64,000 nucleotides of DNA from Acidobacteriota bacterium (GTDB lineage: Bacteria > Acidobacteriota > UBA6911 > RPQK01 > JAJDTT01). Location: assembly GCA_965217775.1 (NCBI GenBank), contig CBDCJH010000002.1, positions 5,056,001 to 5,120,000 on the forward strand, read 5' to 3'. This document shows, in pieces, positions 44,564 to 54,574 of the stretch (its first letter is position 1; the number at the start of each line of letters is the position of its first letter). The notes below the pieces were generated by a model. That model worked only from the letters and a program-made list of their open reading frames with translations. It did no database searches and was not told the origin of the DNA. Both the position numbers and the translations under genes were made by a program.

Positions 44564-44982
44564 TGGACTTTTCGGACCTGCCGGCTCTCAACGCCGGTCT
44601 CAATGCCCTCAGCGGCTCTTTGCTGGGGATCGGGTACGCGCTGATTCGCCGGGGCCGGGTGGGGGCGCACAAGGTCTTCATGCTGGCCGCGGTGGGCGTT
44701 TCGGCCCTGTTTCTGGTCTCGTACATCTTCTACCACTATCACGCCGGGTCCACGCCGTTTCCCGGGACGGGCTGGATCCGGACGCTGTACCTGTCGATTC
44801 TCGTGACCCACGCCACCCTGGCGGCGGCAGTGGTTCCACTGGCGGCCGTCACCCTGGCCCGGGCGTGGCGGGAGGATTTCGGAGCTCACCGGCGCATTGC
44901 CCGCTGGACGCTGCCTATCTGGTTCTACGTCTCCGTCACCGGCGTGATCATCTACGTCATGCTCTATCACTTCTATGCCTGA
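44563..44982 (+). CDS. DUF420 membrane protein (cox-assembly associated)
   Basis: LPALNA, HKVFM, FLVSY, ILVTH and HRRIARWTLPIWFYVSVTG; ATG overlaps the permease stop. Confidence 0.88.
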   Translation: MDFSDLPALNAGLNALSGSLLGIGYALIRRGRVGAHKVFMLAAVGVSALFLVSYIFYHYHAGSTPFPGTGWIRTLYLSILVTHATLAAAVVPLAAVTLARAWREDFGAHRRIARWTLPIWFYVSVTGVIIYVMLYHFYA

Positions 44983-45847
44983 TAAGGGATCCGGCGCCCG
45001 CAAAGTTTCCCTGAAGACCCATCTTCTCGTGTTCGGCTCCCTGTTGGCGTTCGTCCTGGTTCCGGGACTGTTTTGGCACGACGTGTGGTTCGGACGCGTC
45101 CTGAACGACACCGAGTTGGACGAGTACCTCAATGACGAGACCAGTCCCAGGAGAATGCAGCATGGATTGGCCCAATTGGGAGAAAGGATCGGCAGAGGGG
45201 ACCCGGAAGCCCGGCGATGGTACCCGAGAGTGGTGGAGCTGGCGGGGCATGACCAGCCGGAGATCCGGAACCTCTCGGCCTGGCTCATGGGGCAGGACGC
45301 CGCAGCCGCCGGCTTCCGTCTGCGTTTGGCGCAACTTCTGAAGGACTCCAACCCGCTGGTCCGCCGGAACGCCGCCCTTTCCCTGGTCCGTTTCGGCGAC
45401 GACCGGGGGCGGCCCGAGTTGCAGTCCATGCTCCTGCCCTGGGTCGTGAAGAGTCCCCAGGCGGGACGACTCCGGCTGCTGGTCGAGGTGGATGACGAGA
45501 TCGGGAGCGGTTCCCCGGTGGCGGAGATCGAACAAGGGGAAACGTCCGTGGCGGTGCAGGCGCCCGTTTCCGGGATGGCGGAGAACCTGGCCGGCGACGG
45601 GCAGAGCGTCGATGCGGGAACCGCGCTGATGGTCCTGGCGCCGGACCCGGTGCATCTGTGGGAGGCGCTGCGGGCGCTCTATCTGGTTGGTACGGAGGAA
45701 GACCTGGAGCTGATCGAACCCTATCTGGGCTCCGGCGAAGAGAACGAAAGCATTCGCAGCCAGGCGCACCTGACCCGTGAAGCCATACTCAAGAGAGAAA
45801 ATCCGCGAGACGAGAAGATGTCAGGGAGCGGGACGCCGGATCAGTAG
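44975..45847 (+). CDS. Membrane-anchored HEAT-repeat protein with biotinyl/lipoyl-like insert
   Basis: LLKDSNPLVRRNAALSL HEAT repeats; SPQAG...APVSG...GQSVDAG barrel-sandwich pattern. Confidence 0.75.
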   Translation: MPDKGSGARKVSLKTHLLVFGSLLAFVLVPGLFWHDVWFGRVLNDTELDEYLNDETSPRRMQHGLAQLGERIGRGDPEARRWYPRVVELAGHDQPEIRNLSAWLMGQDAAAAGFRLRLAQLLKDSNPLVRRNAALSLVRFGDDRGRPELQSMLLPWVVKSPQAGRLRLLVEVDDEIGSGSPVAEIEQGETSVAVQAPVSGMAENLAGDGQSVDAGTALMVLAPDPVHLWEALRALYLVGTEEDLELIEPYLGSGEENESIRSQAHLTREAILKRENPRDEKMSGSGTPDQ

Positions 45848-46182
45848 GGAAGCGACCCGTGACTGCCTTCGTAGCCCTTGAGCGCCACCATGTCGATGGC
45901 GTCCCAGGGACATCCGTCCAGGAAGGTCCCCTCCGGGCCCTTGCTGGTGCAGAGCTTGCAGCCGATGCAGAGAAGAGGATCGACCTCGATCCGGCCGAAG
46001 GGCGGATGGTCGTCGTCCGGGATCCAGATCATGCAGTTCTCGATGGGGCAGTAGTCCACGCAGGCCGGGGATCCGGAGCAGCCGGTGCAGCAGTCGTTGA
46101 TGACGGCGACCAGCGCCGGCTTCCGCTTCCGCTTGTCGCTCCGCTTGATGGTGCTGCGGTCTTTCAGAACGTCGACTTGCAT
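45841..46182 (-). CDS. 4Fe-4S dicluster ferredoxin-like protein
   Basis: CTGCSGSPACVDYCP and CIGCKLC...CPWDAI. Confidence 0.88.
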   Translation of the reverse strand: MQVDVLKDRSTIKRSDKRKRKPALVAVINDCCTGCSGSPACVDYCPIENCMIWIPDDDHPPFGRIEVDPLLCIGCKLCTSKGPEGTFLDGCPWDAIDMVALKGYEGSHGSLPY

Positions 46183-46197
46183 TCCAAAACCATTATC

Positions 46198-46662
46198 TCA
46201 CTTGGCGCGGCGGCGTTTCAACGGGCGCCGCCGTTTCATTGGCCGCCGGCGTTTCACCTTGCGCCTGGGCTTGGGGGGAGGCGCAACGTCGGGACCGAAC
46301 CACGAGACCTCGTAGTCGGGAAAAGCCGCCTTGAAGATCTGGGCCAGGGACTCCCGGTTCGGATCCGCGCCGTATGCAGTGTTCTTGCCGAAGAGAGTGA
46401 GAGTTCCGTAGTAGGGATTGCGGGCCAGCGACCCTCCGCCCTGGACCGTGAACTCTCCACCCGCATCCAGGAACCCCGCGTCGTCCAGATCCTGCCGGGT
46501 CCAGCGGATCAGGGCCTCTTCGCTGTCCACGCCGGAACTGATGTAGTTGGAGCCGCGAGCGATCCTCTTGGTCGCCCCTTCCAACTGCAGCGAGAAGACC
46601 AGGTACTGGAAGACAACACCGTCGCCCAGCAATTCGATGTCCCGGATCTCCTCCAGCGCCAT
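46198..46662 (-). CDS. Hypothetical protein with basic C-terminal tail
   Basis: Start MALEEI at 46662; ends ...KRRRPMKRRRPLKRRRAK. Confidence 0.7.
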   Translation of the reverse strand: MALEEIRDIELLGDGVVFQYLVFSLQLEGATKRIARGSNYISSGVDSEEALIRWTRQDLDDAGFLDAGGEFTVQGGGSLARNPYYGTLTLFGKNTAYGADPNRESLAQIFKAAFPDYEVSWFGPDVAPPPKPRRKVKRRRPMKRRRPLKRRRAK

Positions 46663-46673
46663 CTCAATCCGTC

Positions 46674-46829
46674 CTAAATGGCGATCATGGCTATCGCCAT
46701 GCCGGCCAGAAGCAACAGGACGCCGCCGCGGTGCGCCAGGGTGGCGAGGCGGCCGGTTCCGCTGGACCAGCCCACCACGGTGAGGATCAACGTGCCCGCC
46801 AACAAGAGCCCCAAACTCAACCAGATCAC
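46674..46829 (-). CDS. Putative small two-TM membrane protein
   Basis: GTG start; IWLSLGLLLAGTLILTVVGW...GGVLLLLAGMAIAMIAI; stop 11 nt before the next gene. Confidence 0.5.
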   Translation of the reverse strand: MIWLSLGLLLAGTLILTVVGWSSGTGRLATLAHRGGVLLLLAGMAIAMIAI

Positions 46830-46956
46830 TTCGGTTTTTTCCCGTTCCTTTCGTCCAATTGATATAGAGCTTTCCGTCCCAATTGTCAAAGAAAGTCCCG
46901 TAAAGGACGCCGCGCGCGGCGGCATGGGGCTGGCCGGGGAGAAACACCGCCGCCGG

Positions 46957-47205
46957 CTAGACGGCCGCCTTGGCTCGGGGTTTTCGGCGAACGGCGCGGG
47001 TACGCACCTGGCCCCGGCGTCCGAGCTTCGGTTGAATGACATTGGTGGTCTGCTGATATCGTGCCTTCGTCGCCACATAGATCTGATTCCAGCAGGCAGC
47101 GCAGGTGTCCAGATGCATGAGGAATTCCAGCTTGTCATCCAGGTTCAGGGTGTTGTCCAGGAAGCCTGAGATTCGCTTCCGGTCGCACCTGTTGAAGGTG
47201 TTCAT
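46957..47205 (-). CDS. Small zf-HC2 (anti-sigma-like zinc finger) protein
   Basis: C...FLD..L...HLDTCAAC (HxxxCxxC); GGAG RBS upstream. Confidence 0.75.
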   Translation of the reverse strand: MNTFNRCDRKRISGFLDNTLNLDDKLEFLMHLDTCAACWNQIYVATKARYQQTTNVIQPKLGRRGQVRTRAVRRKPRAKAAV

Positions 47206-47374
47206 GATCGTCTCCTATGGTTGTTGATGGAATTCGGCCGAAAGTCGCCGTTGTTTTGCGGTTCAATAACAGAGACGGCGCTTGGACCGAAACGGTTTCA
47301 ACAAATTTGGATCCGCCCGCGGCCGCCGGTGCCAATTGCAACCGGAAAACTCGGTCTGTTATCGTGAGCCGGCC

Positions 47375-47935
47375 ATGATCAACGCCTCGCGGATCCGAAA
47401 AGGGATGATCATCATCCATCAGAACGAGCCCCACCGCGTGCGTGAGTCCCAACACCGGGCGCCCGGAAAGGGGGCCGCCTTTGTCCGGGTCCTGCTCAAG
47501 AATATCCGGACCGGAGCGTCCTACGAGCACCGTTACGCCTCCGGAGACGCCGTGGACCGGGCGACCCTGGACCACCGGGAAATGGAGTTCCTCTACCGGG
47601 ACGGGAACGTCTGCCATTTCATGGACACTGAAAATTACGAGCAGATCGGATTGGACCGGCAGGCGTTGGCCGAAAGTTGGGACTATCTCAAGGAAGGACA
47701 GACCATCACCGTGGAGTTCTTCAACGATAGGCCCATCGGCGTGGAGCTTCCCGCCACCGTCGAGTTGAAGGTGGTGGAAACGGAGGCCGAACTGAAGGGA
47801 GCCACCGCCAGCAATTCTCCCAAGCCGGCCAGGCTGGAGACCGGCGTCACGGTCCAGGTGCCGCCATTCATCCGCGAGGGCGAGCTGATCCGCGTCGATC
47901 CCTCCCAAGGCCGATACATTGAACGCGCCCGCTGA
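47375..47935 (+). CDS. efp: Elongation factor P
   Basis: HRAPGKGAAFVR, FMDTENYEQ and KPARLETG...VPPFI. Confidence 0.96.
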   Translation: MINASRIRKGMIIIHQNEPHRVRESQHRAPGKGAAFVRVLLKNIRTGASYEHRYASGDAVDRATLDHREMEFLYRDGNVCHFMDTENYEQIGLDRQALAESWDYLKEGQTITVEFFNDRPIGVELPATVELKVVETEAELKGATASNSPKPARLETGVTVQVPPFIREGELIRVDPSQGRYIERAR

Positions 47936-48110
47936 CAGGAGGGGCGATTTCCAATCGCCCACTCCCACCTCCGCTGACAGGAGAGGCGATTTCCAATCGC
48001 CTACTCCCACCTCCGCCATTTTTGTTTTGGACTGATGTTGGTGCGGAGTTCGGCGACTGGAACTCGCCGCTCCTGTTCGGCGGTTGGAAACCGCCGCTCC
48101 CGCCGGGTCA
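47929..48110. repeat. REP cluster: two 42-bp tandem units plus two inverted REPs
   Basis: CCGCTGACAGGAG(G/A)GGCGATTTCCAATCGCC(C/T)ACTCCCACCT at 47929 and 47971; CGGCG...CGCCGCTCC twice downstream. Confidence 0.85.
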
Positions 48111-48133
48111 GTCCCGCAGGGTAAATTGGACCC

Positions 48134-51052
48134 GTGGGAGAGGTTGTCATCCATCATGGTCCCGCCGCTGGGGACCGGTCGCGGCGTCTGCTCGAGGAGC
48201 GTCTTCATCCGGCCCCCGGCCGGTCGCCCGAGTTTCTCTACGTCGTCGCCTCCCGCTGGCGAAAACACCAGTTGGTGCAGACATTTCTGCAGGTGGCCCC
48301 CCGCACCTTCGAAGTTCCGATCCTCACGTTTCAGGACCTGACCCGCGCCCTCTTCCGGGAGCTCGGATCCGGCCGTAGAGTGGTCTCGGAGACCGGCAGG
48401 AGATGTCTGCTGGAGGCGGTTTTGGAGGAGCATCTCGAGGCACCCGGCGGGAACGGCGAAGAGCAATCGCTGTCCCTTTCCGAGGCCGGGGCCTGGGTGT
48501 CGATGCTCAAGGGCCGGGGCCTGACCGGCGAACCCCTGATTCGTCTTCATCTCCAGCGGGAAGATCGCGACCACGATGAAGCGAACCGGCTGATCCGAAT
48601 CTTCCTTGCCTACCAGCAAAAGCTGGAGGAGCAAGGTTGGGAAGACGCGGCGGGAGTTCGCCTGAGTCTCTATGAAGCTCTGTTGACCGGTTCCGTGGAC
48701 TGCCGCAGCCGGTTTCCCGGGCTCCGAGAGATCCTCTTCGAGGGACTCATTGCTAGAACGCCGGTGGAGAAGGGGTTGGTGCGTCTGCTGGCGGATCAGG
48801 TCGGGAAGGCCATCTACTCGTTGGATCTGGAGTCTCCTCACGAAGAAATGCGCCCGTTCACGCTTCCGGTGTCCACGGTAAGAGAATGCTGGGAGGGAAC
48901 GAACCCGGCGTGGTGTTTCCAGGCGGCGGACGAGGCGCCCGCTCAAGTGCGCTTGTCCCGGCCTCCGCACCGGGAAGCCGAGATCCGGATGTTGGCCCTG
49001 GAAATCCAGGTGCTCAAGACTCGGAGGCCTGAGCTCCGGTGGTCCCAGGTGGGTGTCGTCTGTCGCCGCGACGAGAGCTACCTGCTGCTCTTGAGGGAGA
49101 TCTTCTCGCGGCAGGGCATCCCCTGGTTGAACCTGCATGGAGAAGCCGTCAGGTCCACGAACGCCTTCCGAGATCTCGTGGGTTACGTCGAGCTGTTGTG
49201 GCGCGACTTCCGGCGGGACGACCTGTTCGACTTCCTCTCCTCTCCCTGGATCGATCCGGATGGGATTTCTCAGGATCAAATTCGGCTCCTGGAGCAACTG
49301 GCCTGCCGGGGAGGCTTCGGGGGTGGCGTAGAGGCGTGGTCCCAAACGTTCCCGGAATGGATCGAGCGGAAACGGGCCGAGTCTCCGGAAGAACCGGGAT
49401 CAGTCCTGGAGGGTTGCGCCGAGGTTTTTCGGGAATTGATCCGGAAGCTCCAAGCCGATTCATCGGGGCTCCGAACGGCCGGGGAGTGGGTGTCCCTGTT
49501 GGCCGGCCGGTTAGGCCCGCTCCTTCGGTCACCGGCCGGGCCGGGAAACTGGGGGCGAACCGAGGGCCAGGCGCTGTCCCGGCTCCAGGCGAGTCTCCAG
49601 GAGGCCGCCCTGCTCTGGGGAGATTGCCCTCTCAGTCTTGCGCGCTTCCGCTCCTTGCTCCGCCGGCAGATTTCCCGGATCCGAATTCCCCCATCCCTGG
49701 ACCGGGAAGCTGTTGTTGTAGGTGGCGCCCGTCACCTGCAGGAGTGCGACTTCCGGCATCTCTTCTGGCTCGACTTCTCGGAAGGGCAGATCCCTTCCCG
49801 GCGGCCGATGCCGGCGGCCGAAACCGGATCCCGGGTGTCGGAGGAACTTTCGATCTTTCACGGAATCCGTTGCCGGAGCCGCGAAACGGTGCTTCTCTCC
49901 TCGCCCCGGCACGCCGGCAACGGTCCGGTGTTGCCCAGCCACGTGCTGGAGTACCTGGATTACCGGGAAAAGGCCTTGCCCCACCTGGAGGCGCCGCTGG
50001 GACCGGCGCAGGGTACGGCGAGATGCGAAAACGTCCGCCGCGGAGTTCGGGCGCTGTCCCTGAGGCGGTCGGGCCACCCCAACGCCTTCGCCGGGGTCCT
50101 CGCCCGGCCCCAGGTCCTGGAACGGATGCGACGGCGTCACTTTCCGGCCGGGATGGACCTTTCTCCGACTCGACTCGAGGAGTATGGACGGTGTGGATTC
50201 CGGCACTTCGTCCGGACGATGCTCGGGGCCGAACCGCCGTTGCCGGCGGATTCGAACCTGTTGCGGGAACAGCACCGGCTGGTGCGCAGGATTCTGTCCC
50301 GCTATTCGCAGGACGCCTCCGAGAGTCGCCCTCCGGATCTCGAAGATGATCGGCGTCGGATGGCAGGCATCGTCCGTGAAGAATTGGAGCAGCTGAGACA
50401 GACTCTGCCCGCAGTCGGCGGGTTGCTCTGGGAGCAGCTGCAGACCTGGGTCATGGACGGACTGGAAAACTCGAACCCGCCGGGGTTGCTGATGCGGTTC
50501 CTGGACAAGGATCGGCAGAGGGAACCCGACTCGGAGGTTCATTCCGTGGAGACCTCACTGGGGCCCCTCGTCCTGGGTCATCTTCCTCGTGGCGCGGGAT
50601 CCGGTGACGGGCAGGCGCCGCCGGTTCGCCTGAAGGGTTTTCTGGACCGGATCGACCGGACTCCCGAGGGTCTTCAACTGGTGTCCTACGTGGCGGGACG
50701 ACGGAATCGTCTAGGCCGGATCAAGGACGGCTGGGGTTTTCGCCTCCCGTTGTCGCTGCTTCTGGTGCAGTCCTTCCTGGGCAAGGCGGCGTCCGGAGGC
50801 TTCTACCATGTCGGCCTGCCCGGGTACCTGCAGTGGCGGCCATTGCGGAAACCGGGGGGCAGGGCGCCTGCGGAGGACCTGGAGCAATTGATGGATCGTT
50901 ATCGGGAGGAGGCTCTGCTGGCCGCCCGAAGGATCTATTCCGGAAAGTTTCCCGTGACCACGCACAAGCCCGCGGCGGCCGGTTGTGCCCACTGCGGGTA
51001 CAGTCGAGTCTGCCGGCGGGAGGAGGCGCAGGCCGGAGGGACCCTGGTATGA
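48134..51052 (+). CDS. addB: AddB/RexB-like helicase-nuclease subunit (degenerate)
   Basis: Degenerate helicase fold, LSPTRLEEYGRCGF, LKGFLDRID and CAHCGYSRVC; ATGA-coupled to addA. Confidence 0.75.
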   Translation: MGEVVIHHGPAAGDRSRRLLEERLHPAPGRSPEFLYVVASRWRKHQLVQTFLQVAPRTFEVPILTFQDLTRALFRELGSGRRVVSETGRRCLLEAVLEEHLEAPGGNGEEQSLSLSEAGAWVSMLKGRGLTGEPLIRLHLQREDRDHDEANRLIRIFLAYQQKLEEQGWEDAAGVRLSLYEALLTGSVDCRSRFPGLREILFEGLIARTPVEKGLVRLLADQVGKAIYSLDLESPHEEMRPFTLPVSTVRECWEGTNPAWCFQAADEAPAQVRLSRPPHREAEIRMLALEIQVLKTRRPELRWSQVGVVCRRDESYLLLLREIFSRQGIPWLNLHGEAVRSTNAFRDLVGYVELLWRDFRRDDLFDFLSSPWIDPDGISQDQIRLLEQLACRGGFGGGVEAWSQTFPEWIERKRAESPEEPGSVLEGCAEVFRELIRKLQADSSGLRTAGEWVSLLAGRLGPLLRSPAGPGNWGRTEGQALSRLQASLQEAALLWGDCPLSLARFRSLLRRQISRIRIPPSLDREAVVVGGARHLQECDFRHLFWLDFSEGQIPSRRPMPAAETGSRVSEELSIFHGIRCRSRETVLLSSPRHAGNGPVLPSHVLEYLDYREKALPHLEAPLGPAQGTARCENVRRGVRALSLRRSGHPNAFAGVLARPQVLERMRRRHFPAGMDLSPTRLEEYGRCGFRHFVRTMLGAEPPLPADSNLLREQHRLVRRILSRYSQDASESRPPDLEDDRRRMAGIVREELEQLRQTLPAVGGLLWEQLQTWVMDGLENSNPPGLLMRFLDKDRQREPDSEVHSVETSLGPLVLGHLPRGAGSGDGQAPPVRLKGFLDRIDRTPEGLQLVSYVAGRRNRLGRIKDGWGFRLPLSLLLVQSFLGKAASGGFYHVGLPGYLQWRPLRKPGGRAPAEDLEQLMDRYREEALLAARRIYSGKFPVTTHKPAAAGCAHCGYSRVCRREEAQAGGTLV

Positions 51053-54000
51053 CTGCGGCCGTCTCCGCATCCTTCCCGGAGAGAACCGCCGCGAGCCCGT
51101 CCCGAAACCGGGAAACCGACCCGGAGCCGAGATACGATGAGGCCCAGCGCCGAGCCCTAGACCTCTCCTCCCACATGGTCGTGTCCGCGGCGGCCGGATC
51201 CGGCAAGACTCGGGTTCTGGTGGGGCGCTACCTGCGGATCCTGGAAGGTTACGGACACCAGCCTCACCAGACCGTCGCCATCACCTTCACCGAGGAAGCG
51301 GCCTCCCAAATGGCCGCGCGCATCCGGGAAGGGGTCCTGGCCAGACTCTTTTCAGCTCCCTCCCCAGAGAAGAAGCGTCCCTGGGAAGAGGCGCTGGAGG
51401 CCTTGGGAGACGCTCCCATCACCACCCTGCACGGCTTCTGCCTGAGGATCCTCAGGGAACACGGCAGCCGGATCGGCCTCGATCCCGGCTTCGCAGTCCT
51501 GAACGGAGGGGATCAGCGCCTGCTGCTGGACCGGTGTCTCCGGGAGCTGCTCGATTCCTGGTCTCGCACCCGGCTTCCCGCGTTCGCGACGCTGCTCGGA
51601 TATCTGCCCTACCGGAGAATCGAAAGGGTCCTGACCGAGCTGGTCCAGAGACGGAATCACCTGACCGCTCGCTCGTCCCTTGACCAGGCTGAGATCCTGC
51701 GCCGCCTTTATCGGCGGGAAACGGCGCACTTCCTTTCGCAGTCGGATCTGTGGCGCCGGTTGCGGCGCCTCCTGGAGCGGGTGCCGAAACGGCTCTTGAT
51801 CCGGAACGATTCCTATGCCCGAAAATGCGTCCGGCAGCGAGACCTCTTCGCGATTCGCCTCAAGCTGGACGAGATGGAGTTCCTGGTTCGGTTCCAGGAA
51901 TCTCTGGGCCTGGTGGCTCGGCCTTCCAAACCCTGGAAGGACTGGGAACATCGGGCCGACCTGGTGAAGTGCTGGAAGGGTCTCAAAGAGGAATATGGCC
52001 GTTATCCGCTGCAGGTCTCCCGCCCGTCCGATGAATCCGGTTTCGACGGCGACGCTCACTTCGAGAAGGCGACGCTGGCCCTGGAGGAACTGGCCGGACT
52101 GGCCTTGGATTGCTATCGGTCCGAGAAGGGACAGGATTCGCTGCTGGATTTCGAAGATCTGCTGGCGCTGGCTCGTTCCTTGGTCCGTTTGCCGGAAGTT
52201 CGCAGGACACTGCGGAGCCGGCATCGATTTTTTCTGGTGGACGAATTTCAGGACACCAACCGCCTGCAGTGGGAAATCCTCAAGCCGTTGCTGGGTCCCG
52301 GCTCGAATTTCTTCGCCGTCGGCGACGACAAGCAGTCTATCTACCGCTTCCGGGATGCGGACGTCTCGGTATTTCGAGCGGTTCGGAAGTGGGTCCGGAT
52401 GCGGGGACGCGTCGTCGAGCTGCGCCGGAACTACCGCTCCCATTCCAGCTTGGTGCGTTTCAGCAACCGGGTCTTCCGGAACCTGATGCAACCGGGGTTG
52501 GACTATGAGGCGGTTCATCAAGAGATGACTCCCGTCCGGAACGAGTGCGCCATCGCGGATCCGGGAGTCCGGGGATTGCTCTACGAAAAGCTCCCGCAGG
52601 GGTACGACTCCGAGGCCGAAGTGGCGGCGGAGGCGGCCAAGGGCCTGCTGTCGGCAGGGTTCCAGGCCCATGAGATCGGGGTCCTGCTCCGGAATCGCAA
52701 CCGGCTTCAGGAGTTCGAGAACGCGTTCTGCCGCTGGGGTTTGCCCTTTGCCGCCCGGGGGGGCAATCGGCTTCACGATCAACCCGAGATCGTGGACCTG
52801 GCGAATCTACTCGCCTTTCTGGATGATCCCCGAAGGGACCTGGAATTGCTGGGGGTGCTCCGGAGTCCCCTGTTCAGTTTCTCGGACGAGGATCTGCTGC
52901 TCCTTTCATTGCAGGAGGGGTGCGGGATCTGGGATAAGCTTCAGTCTGCGGAATCTCCCGCGGGCGCTTTGCCCGGGCATTGGGTCTTCGCGCGGGAATC
53001 GTTGGAAGCGTGGCTCCAGGCGCTCTATCTGGGATCGGCGGCCATCCTGGCCCGTGCGACCGCGGAGACCGGTTACGATGAGGTCATGGCAGCCGGCGGC
53101 CGGGGAGATCTGGCCCGGACCAGTATCCACCGGCTGCTGGAACTGGCCCGGAGATTCGAGATCGACCATGGACCCTCCCGGCGTCCCTTTCTCCGTTACC
53201 TGGAGGGGCTCCGCCGGCTCGGAGCCCACGAGGGGGGATTCGCGGAAGGCGGCACGGACCGGATTCGGGTTCACACCATCCACGGGGCCAAGGGTCTGCA
53301 ATATCCGGCGGTCATTCTTCCCGATCTGGGTGCGCCGCTCCTGGCCGGGATGAACGATCCTTTCTTCGGCCAGAGGTTGGGGCGGGAAAAGGGCCGGTAT
53401 TGTTTCGGCCTCTCGATCCGAAATCCGCTGCGGAATTATGAGGAATACCGGCATCCGCAGTTCGAGATGTTGCGGCGGCTGGATCGGTATCGCCAGACGG
53501 CCGAGGAGAAACGGCTCCTCTACGTGGCCCTGACCCGGGCCCGTGAGAGATTGGTGCTGATCGGGAAGAAGTCGGGACGGCCATCCTACGCCCGCTGGTT
53601 GCAGGAAGCGGGAGCAGAGACCTCCATGGTCCCGTTGACCCTCCGGCCTCTCGAACGCTCCCGCAAGTCGACCGGGCGGGAGGCAGAAGAGAACGAGCTC
53701 TCTCCCGCCGCCTCTTCCCAAGTTCGTAGCGGAGATTCGACCTTGACGGGTCGGAGCCATCATCTCCCGTCGGCCGCCGGCAGTTGGAGCAAAACCACCT
53801 GGACACCGACCGAGATCGTCTCCTACTATCGATGCCCCCGGAGCTTCTTCCATTCCCGGGTGGAGGGACGGACGGAGGCGCCGGCCACGGGTTGGCGCGC
53901 GAGCCCGTCGGCGCTGGTGGGCTCGGCCGTGCACGAGTTGCTGGAGAATCAGGGTGCGTTGGGAAGTGAAGCGGAGGTGGAACGTTTCCGGGACCGGTGG

Positions 54001-54561
54001 CGGGCGAGGCTTGGCCCCGTCTATTCGGAGGTGGAGATTCGCCGCATGAGCCGCCGCATCGAGGAGAGCCTCGAGGGTGTCCGGAAGTGCCGCCTCGCGG
54101 AGCGTCTCGCCTCCGCCCGGAGGGTCTTCAGCGAAAAGCGATTCCATCTGCTGGAGCAGGGGCGCCTGGTGACGGGGATCATCGACAAGCTCTTTCAGGA
54201 GCGGAACGGCCGCTGGGTGGTCGTGGATTTCAAGACCTCACCTCTGATTGAACCTGAAGACGGCCAGGGGATCGTCGAGAGAGGCTACCGGCTCCAGGTC
54301 CAACTCTACCTGTGGGCCGTGTCCCGAGTGTTGGAGACCATGAATCTGGAGGGGCACCTGTTGTTCACGGAGGCCGGTACGCTCCGGCCGGTGCCCTTCG
54401 ACGCCGGCGTCGCGGGCCGATGCCGGGGTCTGATCGGCGGTCTTCCCAGTACGCCGGATCTGGGCCAATTTCCCCGGACCCAGGTCTCCGAAACGTGTTC
54501 CGGATGTGGATTCAAGACCGGACGGGTCTGCCCGGGAGCGGCCGAGCCCCATCCGGATTGA
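51049..54561 (+). CDS. addA: AddA/UvrD-family helicase-nuclease
   Basis: AAAGSGKT, DEFQDTN, VGDDKQSIYRFR, TIHGAKGLQY, RLLYVALTRA and GIID...DFKT. Confidence 0.9.
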   Translation: MTAAVSASFPERTAASPSRNRETDPEPRYDEAQRRALDLSSHMVVSAAAGSGKTRVLVGRYLRILEGYGHQPHQTVAITFTEEAASQMAARIREGVLARLFSAPSPEKKRPWEEALEALGDAPITTLHGFCLRILREHGSRIGLDPGFAVLNGGDQRLLLDRCLRELLDSWSRTRLPAFATLLGYLPYRRIERVLTELVQRRNHLTARSSLDQAEILRRLYRRETAHFLSQSDLWRRLRRLLERVPKRLLIRNDSYARKCVRQRDLFAIRLKLDEMEFLVRFQESLGLVARPSKPWKDWEHRADLVKCWKGLKEEYGRYPLQVSRPSDESGFDGDAHFEKATLALEELAGLALDCYRSEKGQDSLLDFEDLLALARSLVRLPEVRRTLRSRHRFFLVDEFQDTNRLQWEILKPLLGPGSNFFAVGDDKQSIYRFRDADVSVFRAVRKWVRMRGRVVELRRNYRSHSSLVRFSNRVFRNLMQPGLDYEAVHQEMTPVRNECAIADPGVRGLLYEKLPQGYDSEAEVAAEAAKGLLSAGFQAHEIGVLLRNRNRLQEFENAFCRWGLPFAARGGNRLHDQPEIVDLANLLAFLDDPRRDLELLGVLRSPLFSFSDEDLLLLSLQEGCGIWDKLQSAESPAGALPGHWVFARESLEAWLQALYLGSAAILARATAETGYDEVMAAGGRGDLARTSIHRLLELARRFEIDHGPSRRPFLRYLEGLRRLGAHEGGFAEGGTDRIRVHTIHGAKGLQYPAVILPDLGAPLLAGMNDPFFGQRLGREKGRYCFGLSIRNPLRNYEEYRHPQFEMLRRLDRYRQTAEEKRLLYVALTRARERLVLIGKKSGRPSYARWLQEAGAETSMVPLTLRPLERSRKSTGREAEENELSPAASSQVRSGDSTLTGRSHHLPSAAGSWSKTTWTPTEIVSYYRCPRSFFHSRVEGRTEAPATGWRASPSALVGSAVHELLENQGALGSEAEVERFRDRWRARLGPVYSEVEIRRMSRRIEESLEGVRKCRLAERLASARRVFSEKRFHLLEQGRLVTGIIDKLFQERNGRWVVVDFKTSPLIEPEDGQGIVERGYRLQVQLYLWAVSRVLETMNLEGHLLFTEAGTLRPVPFDAGVAGRCRGLIGGLPSTPDLGQFPRTQVSETCSGCGFKTGRVCPGAAEPHPD

Positions 54562-54574
54562 AGAGCGAGCAGTG

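Noticed and set aside
47929-48012. CRISPR array
   Set aside because: Two abutting 42-bp units with no spacer and no cas genes; REP-like.
48134-51052. Cas4-like nuclease
   Set aside because: The Fe-S nuclease fold is the C-terminus of a large AddB-like protein coupled to addA.
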